NCBI GenBank assembly: GCA_040905565.1
Contig: JBBDRF010000024.1
Location: forward strand, 33,427 to 50,437
Reading direction: 5' to 3'
DNA from: Phycisphaeraceae bacterium
GTDB taxonomy: Bacteria > Planctomycetota > Phycisphaerae > Phycisphaerales > Zrk34
DNA: 17,011 bases
Under the pieces are notes generated by a model. That model was not told the origin of the DNA and ran no database searches. It saw only the letters and a list, made by a program, of their open reading frames with translations. This document shows positions 1 to 8,791 of the stretch, in pieces. Positions within the stretch are counted from its first letter, which is position 1, and each line of letters starts with the position of its first letter. A program made the translations under genes and the position numbers.

Positions 1-636
1 CCGAAGACGTTCCGCTCGGGCATGCGCGAAGTGCTCAGCGAACATCGCGAGCAAAGCGTTGGTGAGATGGAGACCGGCCACCTGCTGATGGACGTGTGCC
101 GGGTGGCGGGCAACACAGGACTGCGCATTCCCGCGCCGATTCTGCTGCTGGGCAAGGCGCTGATGAATCTCGATGAGATCGGCCGGACGCTCGCACCCGA
201 GTTCGATCCGAATGAAGCGATACGCCGACACACGGGTTCCATCGTCCGCACCAGGACCATGCGCAGTCTTCGGCCGGGCCAGCTCTTCACGAACATGGTG
301 GAGTTGAAGCATTTCGCCGCCGCGCTGCCGCGACGTGTCGATCGCCTGCTCGACACGTTGGCCGACAACGATCTGCGGGTGAAGGTCGACGCCATTGACG
401 AAGACCAGTTGATTGCGGGCATTCAGAAGATCGCCAATCGCGTCACGGCAGGCCTTGTCCTGGCGGCGCTGATCGTCGGCGCGGCGATGATGATGCGCGT
501 GGAAACCGATTTCACCCTCTTCGGCTATCCCGGGCTGGCCGTGTTGTGCTTCTTCGGTGCGGCGGTCGGCGGATTCATCCTGCTGGCCGACATCGTCTGG
601 CAGGACATGGGCAGGCGAAGGCGACGAGGGCGCTGA
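1..636 (+). CDS. ABC1/AarF/UbiB-family atypical kinase, C-terminal part (5'-truncated by window edge)
   Basis: Frame is open from base 1 (PKTFRSGMREV...). It contains the typical ABC1 C-terminal segment 'LRIPAPILLLGKALMNLDEIGRTLAPEFDP', a helical 'LPRRVDRLLD' region and two terminal hydrophobic helices. Confidence 0.85.
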   Translation, partial: PKTFRSGMREVLSEHREQSVGEMETGHLLMDVCRVAGNTGLRIPAPILLLGKALMNLDEIGRTLAPEFDPNEAIRRHTGSIVRTRTMRSLRPGQLFTNMVELKHFAAALPRRVDRLLDTLADNDLRVKVDAIDEDQLIAGIQKIANRVTAGLVLAALIVGAAMMMRVETDFTLFGYPGLAVLCFFGAAVGGFILLADIVWQDMGRRRRRGR

Positions 637-657
637 TATCGACCGTCGCGCCACGGT

Positions 658-945
658 TCACACCTGCGCGATCTCGGCGGCCCGTTTCAGCGTCGCACGC
701 GTGATGGCCATCATGATCTCCGGCGGGAAGTCACGCTCGGGGTCCTCAAGATAATCCTTCGGAAGCAGGTCGCGCACCATCTCACCCAGTTCCGCCTCGA
801 TCGCTGTGCGACGTTGCGCGGCTGCATTGTCGTCATCTCGACGGATAGGGTCGCTCAGGTCGTAGGCCAGCATCAGCGTCGTGATCTGCCACTCGTAATA
901 ACCTTGAAGCGGGTTGGCTTCATCGCCCTGCTGCTGTTCGTGCAT
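658..945 (-). CDS. Small hypothetical protein (95 aa, acidic, probably helical)
   Basis: This is the 3' part of track ORF 658..1812. ATG at 945 is preceded by AGGAG 7 nt upstream (ccaggagccgagcgATG). It fills the gap between the ABC1 gene and icd. Sequence MHEQQQGDEANPLQGYYEWQITTLMLAYDL... Confidence 0.75.
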   Translation of the reverse strand: MHEQQQGDEANPLQGYYEWQITTLMLAYDLSDPIRRDDDNAAAQRRTAIEAELGEMVRDLLPKDYLEDPERDFPPEIMMAITRATLKRAAEIAQV

Positions 946-1011
946 CGCTCGGCTCCTGGCGTTCGGATGAATCGCCCAGCATAGCAAAGCTGCGTTTTTG
1001 CGCCGCAGCGC

Positions 1012-1017
1012 TATACT
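1012..1017 (+). promoter_or_regulatory. Putative sigma70 -10 box (TATACT) 6 nt upstream of icd ATG; likely leaderless mRNA
   Basis: TATACT-GGGGGT-ATG, with no properly spaced Shine-Dalgarno. Confidence 0.5.
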
Positions 1018-1023
1018 GGGGGT

Positions 1024-2049
1024 ATGAGCAAAATGCACACAGCCGTTCTGATCCCGGGCGACGGCATCGGCCCGGAGGTGACCGAAGCCGTGCTGAAGGT
1101 ATTGAAGGCTGCGGAAGCGCCGGTGATCTTTCATCCACACTTGGCTGGTCTTACTGCCCTTGAGCAGCACGACAGCGTGCTTCCCGAGGCGACCATGGCC
1201 GCGGTGCGCGAGCACAAGCTTGCGCTCAAAGGCCCCTGCACCACCCCCGTGGGCGAGGGCTTCACCTCGGTGAATGTCCAACTCCGGCAGAAGCTGGACC
1301 TGTACGCCGCGGTGCGGCCGGTGCGGTCGCTGCCGGGTGTGCCAACCCGATTTGAGGACGTCGACCTCGTTATTTTTCGAGAGAACACGGAGGGGCTTTA
1401 CGCCGGCGTGGAGAACGACATCGTGCCAGGCGTGGTGACGTCGATGAAGATCGTCACGGAAAAAGCGACCACGCGCATCGCGCGCCGTGCGTTTGAATAC
1501 GTCCGCAAGCGCGGCCGACGGAAGGTAACCGCGTTCCACAAAGCCAACATCATGAAAAAGAGCGACGGCCTGTTCCTGCGCTGCGCCCAGCAGGTGCATG
1601 ACGACGAGTTTCCCGACGTTGAGTACGACACGTTCATTATCGACGCCGGCTGCATGCGTCTCGTGCAGGAGCCGACGCGCTTCGACGTGCTGCTGATGGA
1701 AAACTTCTATGGCGACGTGGTCAGCGACCTTGCCGCCGGGCTCGTCGGCGGGCTCGGCGTGGTGCCAGGCGCGAACATCGGCGAAGACACGGCCCTGTTC
1801 GAAGCGGTGCATGGGTCAGCGCCCGACATTGCCGGGCAAGGCATTGCCAACCCGCTCGCCCTGCTCATGTCGGCTGTGATGATGTTGAACCACGTGCATG
1901 AAACGCAAGATGACGTCGCCTGCAAAGACGCCGCCGACCGTATCAAACAGGCCTATAACCAAGCGCTGGCCGACGGTGAAAAGACCGGCGACATCGGCGG
2001 CAAACTCGGCACGATGGGGTTCGCCGACGCGGTGATCGCACGTTTGTAA
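1024..2049 (+). CDS. icd: Isocitrate dehydrogenase, NAD-dependent (IDH3-like; isocitrate/isopropylmalate dehydrogenase family)
   Basis: Motifs IPGDGIGPEV, LKGPCTTP, SVNVQLR (isocitrate-type SxN), RENTEGLY, HKANIMK, NFYGDVVSDLAAGLVGGLG and EAVHGSAPDIAG (Asp-Ile suggests NAD preference). Confidence 0.85.
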   Translation: MSKMHTAVLIPGDGIGPEVTEAVLKVLKAAEAPVIFHPHLAGLTALEQHDSVLPEATMAAVREHKLALKGPCTTPVGEGFTSVNVQLRQKLDLYAAVRPVRSLPGVPTRFEDVDLVIFRENTEGLYAGVENDIVPGVVTSMKIVTEKATTRIARRAFEYVRKRGRRKVTAFHKANIMKKSDGLFLRCAQQVHDDEFPDVEYDTFIIDAGCMRLVQEPTRFDVLLMENFYGDVVSDLAAGLVGGLGVVPGANIGEDTALFEAVHGSAPDIAGQGIANPLALLMSAVMMLNHVHETQDDVACKDAADRIKQAYNQALADGEKTGDIGGKLGTMGFADAVIARL

Positions 2050-2064
2050 CCGGGAGACGACGCC

Positions 2065-2964
2065 ATGGCTCGCCAACTCGACTGGGAACTCGCCGGCTCG
2101 GACGATCAGACCATCTACGGCACATCGCACCTGCCCGAGGACGAAGCCATCGGCGTGCTGCTGATCGCCCACGGGTTCAAAGGCTACAAGGATTACGGGC
2201 CATTTCCATACCTTGCTGAGCAGGCGGCGCAGCGCGGGTTGATCGCGCATCGGTTCAACTTCAGCCATAGCGGCATGACGCGAAACGTCGAAACATTCGA
2301 GCGGCCGGACCTTTTTGAGCGCGACACCTTCAGCCGACAGGTCGAAGACCTGTGGACCGTGGCGGCGGCTGCGGATGCGGGAGAGATTGCCGGGGCCTTG
2401 CCGGCCGGTGGCCTGCCGCAGGTCTGGTTCGGGCACAGCCGCGGGGGCGTCACAGCGCTGTGCGCCGCCGGGCAACGGGCGTCGCGAGATGGGGCGGACC
2501 TGACGCTGGCGGTGCCCGCGCCGCAGGGTGTCATTTCCGCCGCCGCGCCGGCCACGGCCACTCATCTCCAACCGGAACAGGTGGATATGTTGCGTCGAGC
2601 GGGTCGGGTGGCCTCGCCTTCGGCGCGAACCGGCCAATTGCTGATGATCGGCCGTGACTGGCTGATGGACATCGAATCCCAAGGCGAGTCGCTCGACCCC
2701 TACGCGATGGCGCGGCAGGCCGAGTGCTCTGTGCTGATCATACAGGGCAGTGCGGATACAAATGTTTCGTTGGAGGAAGGTCGGCGTCTGTCGTCGGCTG
2801 CAGGCGAGCGTGCCACGCTGGAGATCATCGACGGCGCATCGCATACGTTCAACTGCCCCAACCCTTTGCCGACGAATGAAGCGCCGCCGCGGGCCACCGA
2901 GCAACTGGCGGCGTTAAGCTGTGCGTTTGCCGTGCAATGCTGTGATGCCTGGCGGGCAGATTAG
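2065..2964 (+). CDS. Alpha/beta-fold serine hydrolase
   Basis: AHGFKGYKD oxyanion segment, GHSRGG nucleophile elbow, QGSAD (Asp) and GASHTF (His). RBS GGAG lies upstream, 15 bp after the icd stop. Confidence 0.85.
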   Translation: MARQLDWELAGSDDQTIYGTSHLPEDEAIGVLLIAHGFKGYKDYGPFPYLAEQAAQRGLIAHRFNFSHSGMTRNVETFERPDLFERDTFSRQVEDLWTVAAAADAGEIAGALPAGGLPQVWFGHSRGGVTALCAAGQRASRDGADLTLAVPAPQGVISAAAPATATHLQPEQVDMLRRAGRVASPSARTGQLLMIGRDWLMDIESQGESLDPYAMARQAECSVLIIQGSADTNVSLEEGRRLSSAAGERATLEIIDGASHTFNCPNPLPTNEAPPRATEQLAALSCAFAVQCCDAWRAD

Positions 2965-3000
2965 GCAAGGGGCATGAACCGCTCTCTCTGCCAGCCATGA

Positions 3001-3055
3001 AAAACGCCCCTGACAAACGCAGCGCCTTACAGCGCCAGTTTGTCAGGGGCGTTTT
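3001..3055. terminator. Perfect 18-bp inverted repeat; probable bidirectional intrinsic terminator between convergent genes
   Basis: AAAACGCCCCTGACAAAC (3001-3018) / GTTTGTCAGGGGCGTTTT (3038-3055), 19-nt loop, A/T tracts at both ends. It lies between the stops at 2964 and 3078. Confidence 0.7.
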
Positions 3056-3077
3056 AAATCAACATTGCATGGGAGGG

Positions 3078-3629
3078 TTACGGCCGGCAGATGTCAGGCG
3101 ATTCGCCGCTGCTGCATCGCTCGCCGAAGCGGCTCATCAGTCGGTAGCCGGGCTCGGAGTTGACGGAAACCCAGTCCGAGCGGTCGGGCCCGCGAACGAG
3201 CTGGCCAGTCTCGATCATTTCGTAGTAGCGCATTTCATCGTCGGGGCTTGACTCGGTCATATCGCGTTGCAGCGCCTGCTGAGCCTCGGGCGTGTAACGC
3301 TCAAGATAAGCGACGTGAACGCCATCGGATTCGAGGGTGTCGAGGGATCGGCCTGTAAGGCCCGAGGGGCAATCACCGCACGCGTACATGTGGATGCGCA
3401 CGCCATTCTGCTCGCCTTCGTTGTCCGAAGGGGCGGCGATGGGCGGGTAGTCCGTATTTTTCGCGGTGAACAGTTCCCCGGTGTTGAGATCGACATAATA
3501 GATATCGATCGGCCCGTAGCTGGCGGGCGAGTTGTTCCAGATGATAAACGCCAGCGCAAAACAGAGCACCAGCACTGCCACAATCGTTACCACAGCGGAG
3601 TTGTTGTTAAGCCATTCTCGCACGTTCAT
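3078..3629 (-). CDS. Hypothetical membrane-anchored protein (183 aa) with one N-terminal TM helix and four Cys in the soluble domain
   Basis: ATG at 3629 is preceded by AAAGGA. Hydrophobic helix VVTIVAVLVLCFALAFIIW, followed by YYVDLNTGELF, YACGDC and a terminal RCSSGESPDICRP. Confidence 0.8.
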   Translation of the reverse strand: MNVREWLNNNSAVVTIVAVLVLCFALAFIIWNNSPASYGPIDIYYVDLNTGELFTAKNTDYPPIAAPSDNEGEQNGVRIHMYACGDCPSGLTGRSLDTLESDGVHVAYLERYTPEAQQALQRDMTESSPDDEMRYYEMIETGQLVRGPDRSDWVSVNSEPGYRLMSRFGERCSSGESPDICRP

Positions 3630-3742
3630 GGATAAAGTCCTTTGATCTGAATGAGACCGTAAAAAATGACCCGTTCTCGGTGAGCCAGACACTGACCTGC
3701 GGACGCCGAAGCGAACCATTTCAGTGAGGAAAGGTCATCGTC

Positions 3743-3771
3743 ATCTTAGCCGATGCACACAAGTTGCACAA
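3743..3771 (-). promoter_or_regulatory. Putative sigma70 promoter TTGTGC-17-TAAGAT for the 3078..3629 gene
   Basis: Minus strand reads ...tttttTTGTGCaacttgtgtgcatcggcTAAGATga. An A/T tract lies just upstream, and a TGCACA direct repeat (3754, 3765) overlaps the promoter. Confidence 0.4.
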
Positions 3772-3816
3772 AAAAAGTTACTCCCGGTGGCGCGACCCGC
3801 CCGCCGCGACCGCCAT

Positions 3817-4968
3817 TCAGCGAATCGGGCTGTTGTACATGGCCCGCGGTGCGGCCATTTCAAGCACCCACGAACGCAACTGCTCGGGTGAGAGATCACG
3901 GAGCTGCTGCATCTGCTTCATCGCATTCAGGTCGCCGGAGCTGGTGGCCATCAGGCTCAGCAGGCCGAACCCGCTTGGCTGACGAATAATCATGATCTGC
4001 GGCTGCACCCCGCTGGGCAGGTCGGCCTGCTCGCGGGCGAAGGCGACGGCGTCTTCCAGGTAGCCGATCTCATCGACGAGTTTCAGCTCCCTCGCCTGTT
4101 CGGCGGCGAAAACTTCGCCGGTGGCCAGCTCCCGCACCTGCGCCTCATCAAGCAGGTGGCTCCGGCCCTGATGCACGACATGCACGAATCGCTCCCACGC
4201 CGGCTCGAGCCGGGTGTCGCGCAGGATCTCACGTTCTTCCTCGGTCCAGGGACGAACGGGCAGCAGTTCATCTTTCCGCGTCGAGTGTTTTGAGACCACA
4301 ATCTCCGGCGTGACGCCGATCTTGTCCAGCAACTCGTCGATCGTGAAGCCCATGACGATCACGCCGATACTGCCTGTGATCGTCGTCGGCTCGGCGACAA
4401 TCAGGTCCGCGGGCGCGGCGATGTAATAGCCGCCGCTCGCCGCCACCGAGCCGAAGCTCGCAATGATCGGCACGTCGGTCTTCTGCTTGAAGCGGTTGAT
4501 TTCGTGCCAGATCTGATCGGACGCCGACACGGTCCCGCCCGGGCAGTCGATCCGCAGCACCACCGCCGCCGGCGGGTCGTCCTCCAGCAGTCGCAACGAT
4601 CGGCGAACGAAGGCAGCCGTGGCGCCGGTGACCATTTCCTCGATCGGGAGCACGACGATGCGATGGCTGGTGTCGCCCTCCTCGTACACAGACTCCCGCG
4701 GGCCGCCGCCGGTATACGCCGCGACGATGATGCCCAGATAGACATTCACCCCGATCGACAGCAACAGGATGGTCGTCAACACCGACGCCCCCAGTCGCCC
4801 CCACACGCTCCGCTGAGGCGCGGCGGGCATCATCGCCACCGGCTGGTAGCCCGGCGGCGGCGAAGGGGCTTGATTCGCCCCGCGTGGATCGACCGGCCCG
4901 CGACCTGACGTCCCGCTGTCGCCCGCTTCATCTGGCTGATCCGACGTATCGGGTGGCACTTGCGCCAT
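3817..4968 (-). CDS. sppA: Signal peptide peptidase SppA (peptidase S49, single-domain type)
   Basis: TM helix followed by RIDCPGG, VAASGGYY (catalytic Ser), TGSIGV, a candidate Lys in STRKD, and LVDEIGYLEDA. GGAG RBS is upstream. Confidence 0.9.
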   Translation of the reverse strand: MAQVPPDTSDQPDEAGDSGTSGRGPVDPRGANQAPSPPPGYQPVAMMPAAPQRSVWGRLGASVLTTILLLSIGVNVYLGIIVAAYTGGGPRESVYEEGDTSHRIVVLPIEEMVTGATAAFVRRSLRLLEDDPPAAVVLRIDCPGGTVSASDQIWHEINRFKQKTDVPIIASFGSVAASGGYYIAAPADLIVAEPTTITGSIGVIVMGFTIDELLDKIGVTPEIVVSKHSTRKDELLPVRPWTEEEREILRDTRLEPAWERFVHVVHQGRSHLLDEAQVRELATGEVFAAEQARELKLVDEIGYLEDAVAFAREQADLPSGVQPQIMIIRQPSGFGLLSLMATSSGDLNAMKQMQQLRDLSPEQLRSWVLEMAAPRAMYNSPIR

Positions 4969-5200
4969 TGCTTAAACTCCGTGGGTCTAGCCCATTCATC
5001 GACCATCCGTCCCGGCAACCTGACAAAGTTAGCAGGTGTCGCCCCGGTCAGAAAGTCCAGCCCTGCGTCCGTCCCTGATTGCCCGTGCCGATTGCCCTAT
5101 CATCTTACTCTTGGTTTCCCCAGGCGCCGCGCCGCGGGCTGAACGCAGCGAAGCCTCGGATTATCACGCCTAGACTGTACGACCCCGAGCGCATGACCGC

Positions 5201-6718
5201 ATGCAGATTCTCCTACTCGTTCTCATCCTCGCCCTGTTCTTTCACGACGCTTACCCCACCGCGGCCGTCGATGTCCCGCGTCTGGGCGGACTCGCGCTGC
5301 TGGCGGTGGTGGTGTTGCCTAAGCTCGCGCTGCTTGGGGGTTACGGGTTGCTGTGCCGCCGTATGCTTGACCGGCTCGGCAAACGCGGGGCGCAACGAGC
5401 CATGCTCCGGTTCGACCGCACGGGCAGCCTTTACCGCGGCGCGGCAGTGGGGTTGTATCTGCTCGACCTTTACCTTGGCCTGCTCGTGGCGGTGCGGGGC
5501 GCGATCGGCGACCTGATTCTGCTGGATGAACTGGTCGTCCTGCTCCCGCCTTTGACGGTGCTGATCGCCGCATGGTGGGTTTATTACCCGATCGAACGGC
5601 GGATCCGCGAGTCCTCGCTCATCGGCCGACTCGACGCGGGCATGCCGATCTACCCCGTCTGGACGCGCGGCCAGTTCGTCCTGTCGCAGATTCGCCATCA
5701 CATGGCGTTGGTGCTCGTGCCGTTGCTGTTGATTCTGACGTGGACGGAAGCGGTAGAACGCTTTACGCCCGCCCGCTGGCGACTGCTCGGCGGCGATCCG
5801 GAACCGTTCATCGTGCTTCTCGGGGCCGGCGGGGTGTTCCTGGTGGCGCCGCTGATCATCCGCTATGTCTGGGACACCGTACCCCTGCCAGCCGGCGAAC
5901 TGCGAGACCGCTTGCAGGCGATGTGCAAACAGCATCGCGTGGGCGTGCGCGAACTGCTGCTGTGGCGGACCTTCGGCGGCATGATCAATGCGGCGGTCAT
6001 GGGCATCTTCGCCCCGGTCCGCTACATCCTGCTGACCGACGCCCTGCTGGAAATGGTCCGTCGCGAGCAGGTCGAGGCGGTGATGGCCCACGAACTGGCG
6101 CACGTGCGCCGGCATCATATGTTCTGGCTCATCGCCGCGGCGCTGGGCATGCTGGGGCTGCTGGAACTTGGCTTCGGCGTCCTGTTCTTCACCCTGGCCG
6201 ACACGTTTCCGGCCGAGGGCGTTAAGGCCGGCCCGCAGCTCGTCGCCGCCGGCTGGACGCCTGGCTGGGCCGATTGGCTGACGGACCTGCTACGCAGCGA
6301 GCAGGGGCTTCTCGCCGTCACGTTGCTGGCGACCGGCGTCTGCTGGTACCTCGCCTTTGGTTGGGTGTCGCGTCGCATCGAACGCCAGGCGGACGCATTC
6401 GCGGTGCAGCACCTGGCGAGCAATCGCCCCGAGCCGCAGCGCGACGCCGATGGCCGCATCGTCGTTGACCGCACCTCCGCCGAGACGATGGTCGGCGCGC
6501 TCCAGCAGGTCGCGCTGCTCAACCACGTGCCCATCCACAAGAGCAGCTGGCGACACGGCTCGATCGGCTGGCGACAGGCTTACCTGCGCCGCATCGTCGG
6601 CCAGCCGATCGACCAACTGAGCATCGACCGGCAGATGTTCTGGATCAACGTCGCCTCGTTTGTGATATTGGCACTCGTCATCGCCGTCTACACGTTGGCC
6701 AGTCTGCTCGCGCGGTGA
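5201..6718 (+). CDS. M48-family (HtpX/Ste24-like) integral membrane zinc metalloprotease
   Basis: Multiple TM segments, NAAVMG, ILLTDALL, HELAH (HExxH), ERQADAFA (third Zn ligand) and WRHGSIGWR. Confidence 0.88.
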   Translation: MQILLLVLILALFFHDAYPTAAVDVPRLGGLALLAVVVLPKLALLGGYGLLCRRMLDRLGKRGAQRAMLRFDRTGSLYRGAAVGLYLLDLYLGLLVAVRGAIGDLILLDELVVLLPPLTVLIAAWWVYYPIERRIRESSLIGRLDAGMPIYPVWTRGQFVLSQIRHHMALVLVPLLLILTWTEAVERFTPARWRLLGGDPEPFIVLLGAGGVFLVAPLIIRYVWDTVPLPAGELRDRLQAMCKQHRVGVRELLLWRTFGGMINAAVMGIFAPVRYILLTDALLEMVRREQVEAVMAHELAHVRRHHMFWLIAAALGMLGLLELGFGVLFFTLADTFPAEGVKAGPQLVAAGWTPGWADWLTDLLRSEQGLLAVTLLATGVCWYLAFGWVSRRIERQADAFAVQHLASNRPEPQRDADGRIVVDRTSAETMVGALQQVALLNHVPIHKSSWRHGSIGWRQAYLRRIVGQPIDQLSIDRQMFWINVASFVILALVIAVYTLASLLAR

Positions 6719-6727
6719 CCGCCGCGT

Positions 6728-6733
6728 TATAAT
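6728..6733 (+). promoter_or_regulatory. Consensus -10 box TATAAT upstream of dapF
   Basis: Perfect TATAAT in a GC-rich 61-bp intergenic gap, 46 nt before the dapF ATG. No clear -35. Confidence 0.5.
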
Positions 6734-6779
6734 CCGCCCTTTCCTCGCACGAATCCACACGGCACGGCAGAGCACACCC

Positions 6780-7649
6780 ATGCGCTTCATCAAGATGCAA
6801 GGCCTCGGCAACGATTATGTCTACGTCAACGGCTACGACGAAGCCGTGACTGACCCTGCCGTGCTCGCCCCCCGCGTCGCGGACCGACATTTTGGCGTTG
6901 GCGGTGACGGGCTCATCCTCGTTCTGCCGCCGGAGGATGGCGTTGAGGCCGATGTGCGGATGCGGATGTTCAACGCTGACGGCTCCGAAGCCGAGATGTG
7001 CGGCAACGGTGTTCGCTGCGTCTGCAAGCTCGCGCACGACCACGGCATCACGACCAGCAACCCGATGCGCGTCCAGACCGGCAACGGCGTGCTCAGCCTC
7101 GCATACACCACCGACGCTCACGGCAAGGTTGAGCAGGTTACCGTCGATATGGGCGAACCCATCCTCGAGCCCGCCCGCGTGCCGATCGTGCCCGACAAGC
7201 TCGTTGCCACGGAGCAGCCGCAGACCTTCCGTCTGTCCGTCGCGCAGAGCAACGAATTGCTCACCGCCACGTTCGTGTCGATGGGCAATCCCCATGCCAT
7301 GATCTACGTGCCCGACGCCGCGGCGATCGATCTGACCCGCCTCGGCCCGCTGCTCGAATGCCACCCCGCGTTTCCCAACCGCATGAATGTGCATTTCGTC
7401 CAGGTTCACGCTGGCGACGATGTGACCATGCACACGTGGGAACGTGGCAGCGGCGTCACGCTGGCCTGCGGCACGGGCGCCAGCGCCGTCTGCGTGGCCG
7501 GTGTACTCACCGGCCATAGCGGCCGCACCATCACGGCCCACCTGCCCGGCGGCGACCTCGCGCTGGAATGGCGTGAAGCGAACAACCACGTCTACATGAC
7601 CGGCCCCGCGACAGAAGTGTTCACCGGCACCTGGCCGGCGAGCGCATGA
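6780..7649 (+). CDS. dapF: Diaminopimelate epimerase
   Basis: MRFIKMQGLGNDY, DRHFGVGGDG, NADGSEAEMCGNG, SMGNPH and WERGSGVTLACGTG; both catalytic Cys are present. Confidence 0.97.
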   Translation: MRFIKMQGLGNDYVYVNGYDEAVTDPAVLAPRVADRHFGVGGDGLILVLPPEDGVEADVRMRMFNADGSEAEMCGNGVRCVCKLAHDHGITTSNPMRVQTGNGVLSLAYTTDAHGKVEQVTVDMGEPILEPARVPIVPDKLVATEQPQTFRLSVAQSNELLTATFVSMGNPHAMIYVPDAAAIDLTRLGPLLECHPAFPNRMNVHFVQVHAGDDVTMHTWERGSGVTLACGTGASAVCVAGVLTGHSGRTITAHLPGGDLALEWREANNHVYMTGPATEVFTGTWPASA

Positions 7650-7651
7650 TC

Positions 7652-8662
7652 TCACCGGCCCAGGTTCCCCTTGTCCGGCACGACGCGCATCATCGTCGGC
7701 AGCAGATAATTTGCTCCGCGATAGCGCTGCACCTGGCCTGACACGGTGAAAAGCACCTGGTCGCCGCCCTGCTGAACGATGCGCTCCATCGTCGCCAGCA
7801 GCCGACAGGGCTGCAGAATCATCGGCGACTCCGGCGACTCCCGCCCGTCCGCGTCCAGCACGAACAGCACGTGCCCGCCGTCACGCGCATACATCACGCG
7901 CCCCCGACGCTGCACAATGAAGCTCCCCTCTTCACGCAACGACGCTTCCGCCGCCTCCGCACCACGCGGCGCGCTACCTGCCACCACATCAGCGCGATCG
8001 CGCGGCTGCTCCCCCATCTGCTCACGCGAAGCCGCCGGCGCTGCCTGACGCTGCTCCAGCAAGGCGCGCAACATCGGGTCTTCGTCCTCATCCGCCGGCT
8101 GTGCCTGTTCGCTCTCCGCAGTCTCGGCCTCGTCGTCGGCGGGCGCGTCCACCTGCGGGCGTGCCTGCGTCAACAGCAGGTAATTCACCCCGCGATAAGC
8201 GTGCACCCGGCCCGAGACCTCGAATGCGGCGTCCCCCCCCTGCTCCTGCATGTAGGTTTCCATCATCTCCAGCCGAGCCGAAGGCAGCACGAGCATCGGC
8301 GGCAGCTCGTTCGCTTCGTCGTCTAAATCCATCGGCTGAAAAATCCACTGGCTCGCGTCGTCCGGCCGAAGCACGCGGCCCGGCTGATTCACAATAAACG
8401 CCCCTTCCCGACGGGCGCGCGGCAGCGTCGCGCCCGGCGGCAGACCGATCACCGAAGGGTCCACGTCCACACGCGGCCCGGTCGTGTTTTGGTTCACCGG
8501 CCCGCGCTGCGGCTCCACCGTCGGCGACTCCTGCGCCCGCAGCAGATCCCGCTCCTGTGGCTCCTGATCCTCACCGGCCGGCGTCGCGCGATCGTCGGCC
8601 AACGCCGCCGCCCCGTGCAGGGCGAAGCACAGCAACATCATCAAAACAGCCTTGCGATTCAT
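7652..8662 (-). CDS. Secreted hypothetical protein with two copies of a ~80-aa beta-rich domain
   Basis: Signal peptide MNRKAVLMMLLCFALHGAAALA. Internal repeat at aa ~84-165 and ~243-323 separated by an acidic low-complexity linker. GGGAG RBS is upstream. Confidence 0.85.
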   Translation of the reverse strand: MNRKAVLMMLLCFALHGAAALADDRATPAGEDQEPQERDLLRAQESPTVEPQRGPVNQNTTGPRVDVDPSVIGLPPGATLPRARREGAFIVNQPGRVLRPDDASQWIFQPMDLDDEANELPPMLVLPSARLEMMETYMQEQGGDAAFEVSGRVHAYRGVNYLLLTQARPQVDAPADDEAETAESEQAQPADEDEDPMLRALLEQRQAAPAASREQMGEQPRDRADVVAGSAPRGAEAAEASLREEGSFIVQRRGRVMYARDGGHVLFVLDADGRESPESPMILQPCRLLATMERIVQQGGDQVLFTVSGQVQRYRGANYLLPTMMRVVPDKGNLGR

Positions 8663-8728
8663 GGCTCGCTCCCGCGCTTCAGTCGTTTCCGTCGGAAAAC
8701 ACCGGCCTGAATCCTATCATCGGCCGAT

Positions 8729-8753
8729 CGGAAAGGCGCGGCCGCCTTTTCCG
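8729..8753. terminator. GC-rich hairpin downstream of the ceramidase-like gene; possible weak terminator
   Basis: CGGAAAGGCG-CGGC-CGCCTTTTCCG with one bulged base. The U-tract on the minus strand is short. Confidence 0.3.
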
Positions 8754-8791
8754 CTGCCGTGCGGCGCGAAACCCTCGGTTCGACGTCGTCG

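Noticed and set aside
946..1812. Upstream portion of the 384-aa minus-strand ORF
   Set aside because: It is the antisense shadow of icd. Only 658..945 has its own RBS and non-overlapping space.
5096..8721. Shared 9-mer CCTATCATC upstream of sppA (5096-5104) and of the secreted repeat protein (8713-8721)
   Set aside because: A single 9-bp match among intergenic regions is expected by chance, and the distances to the start codons differ.
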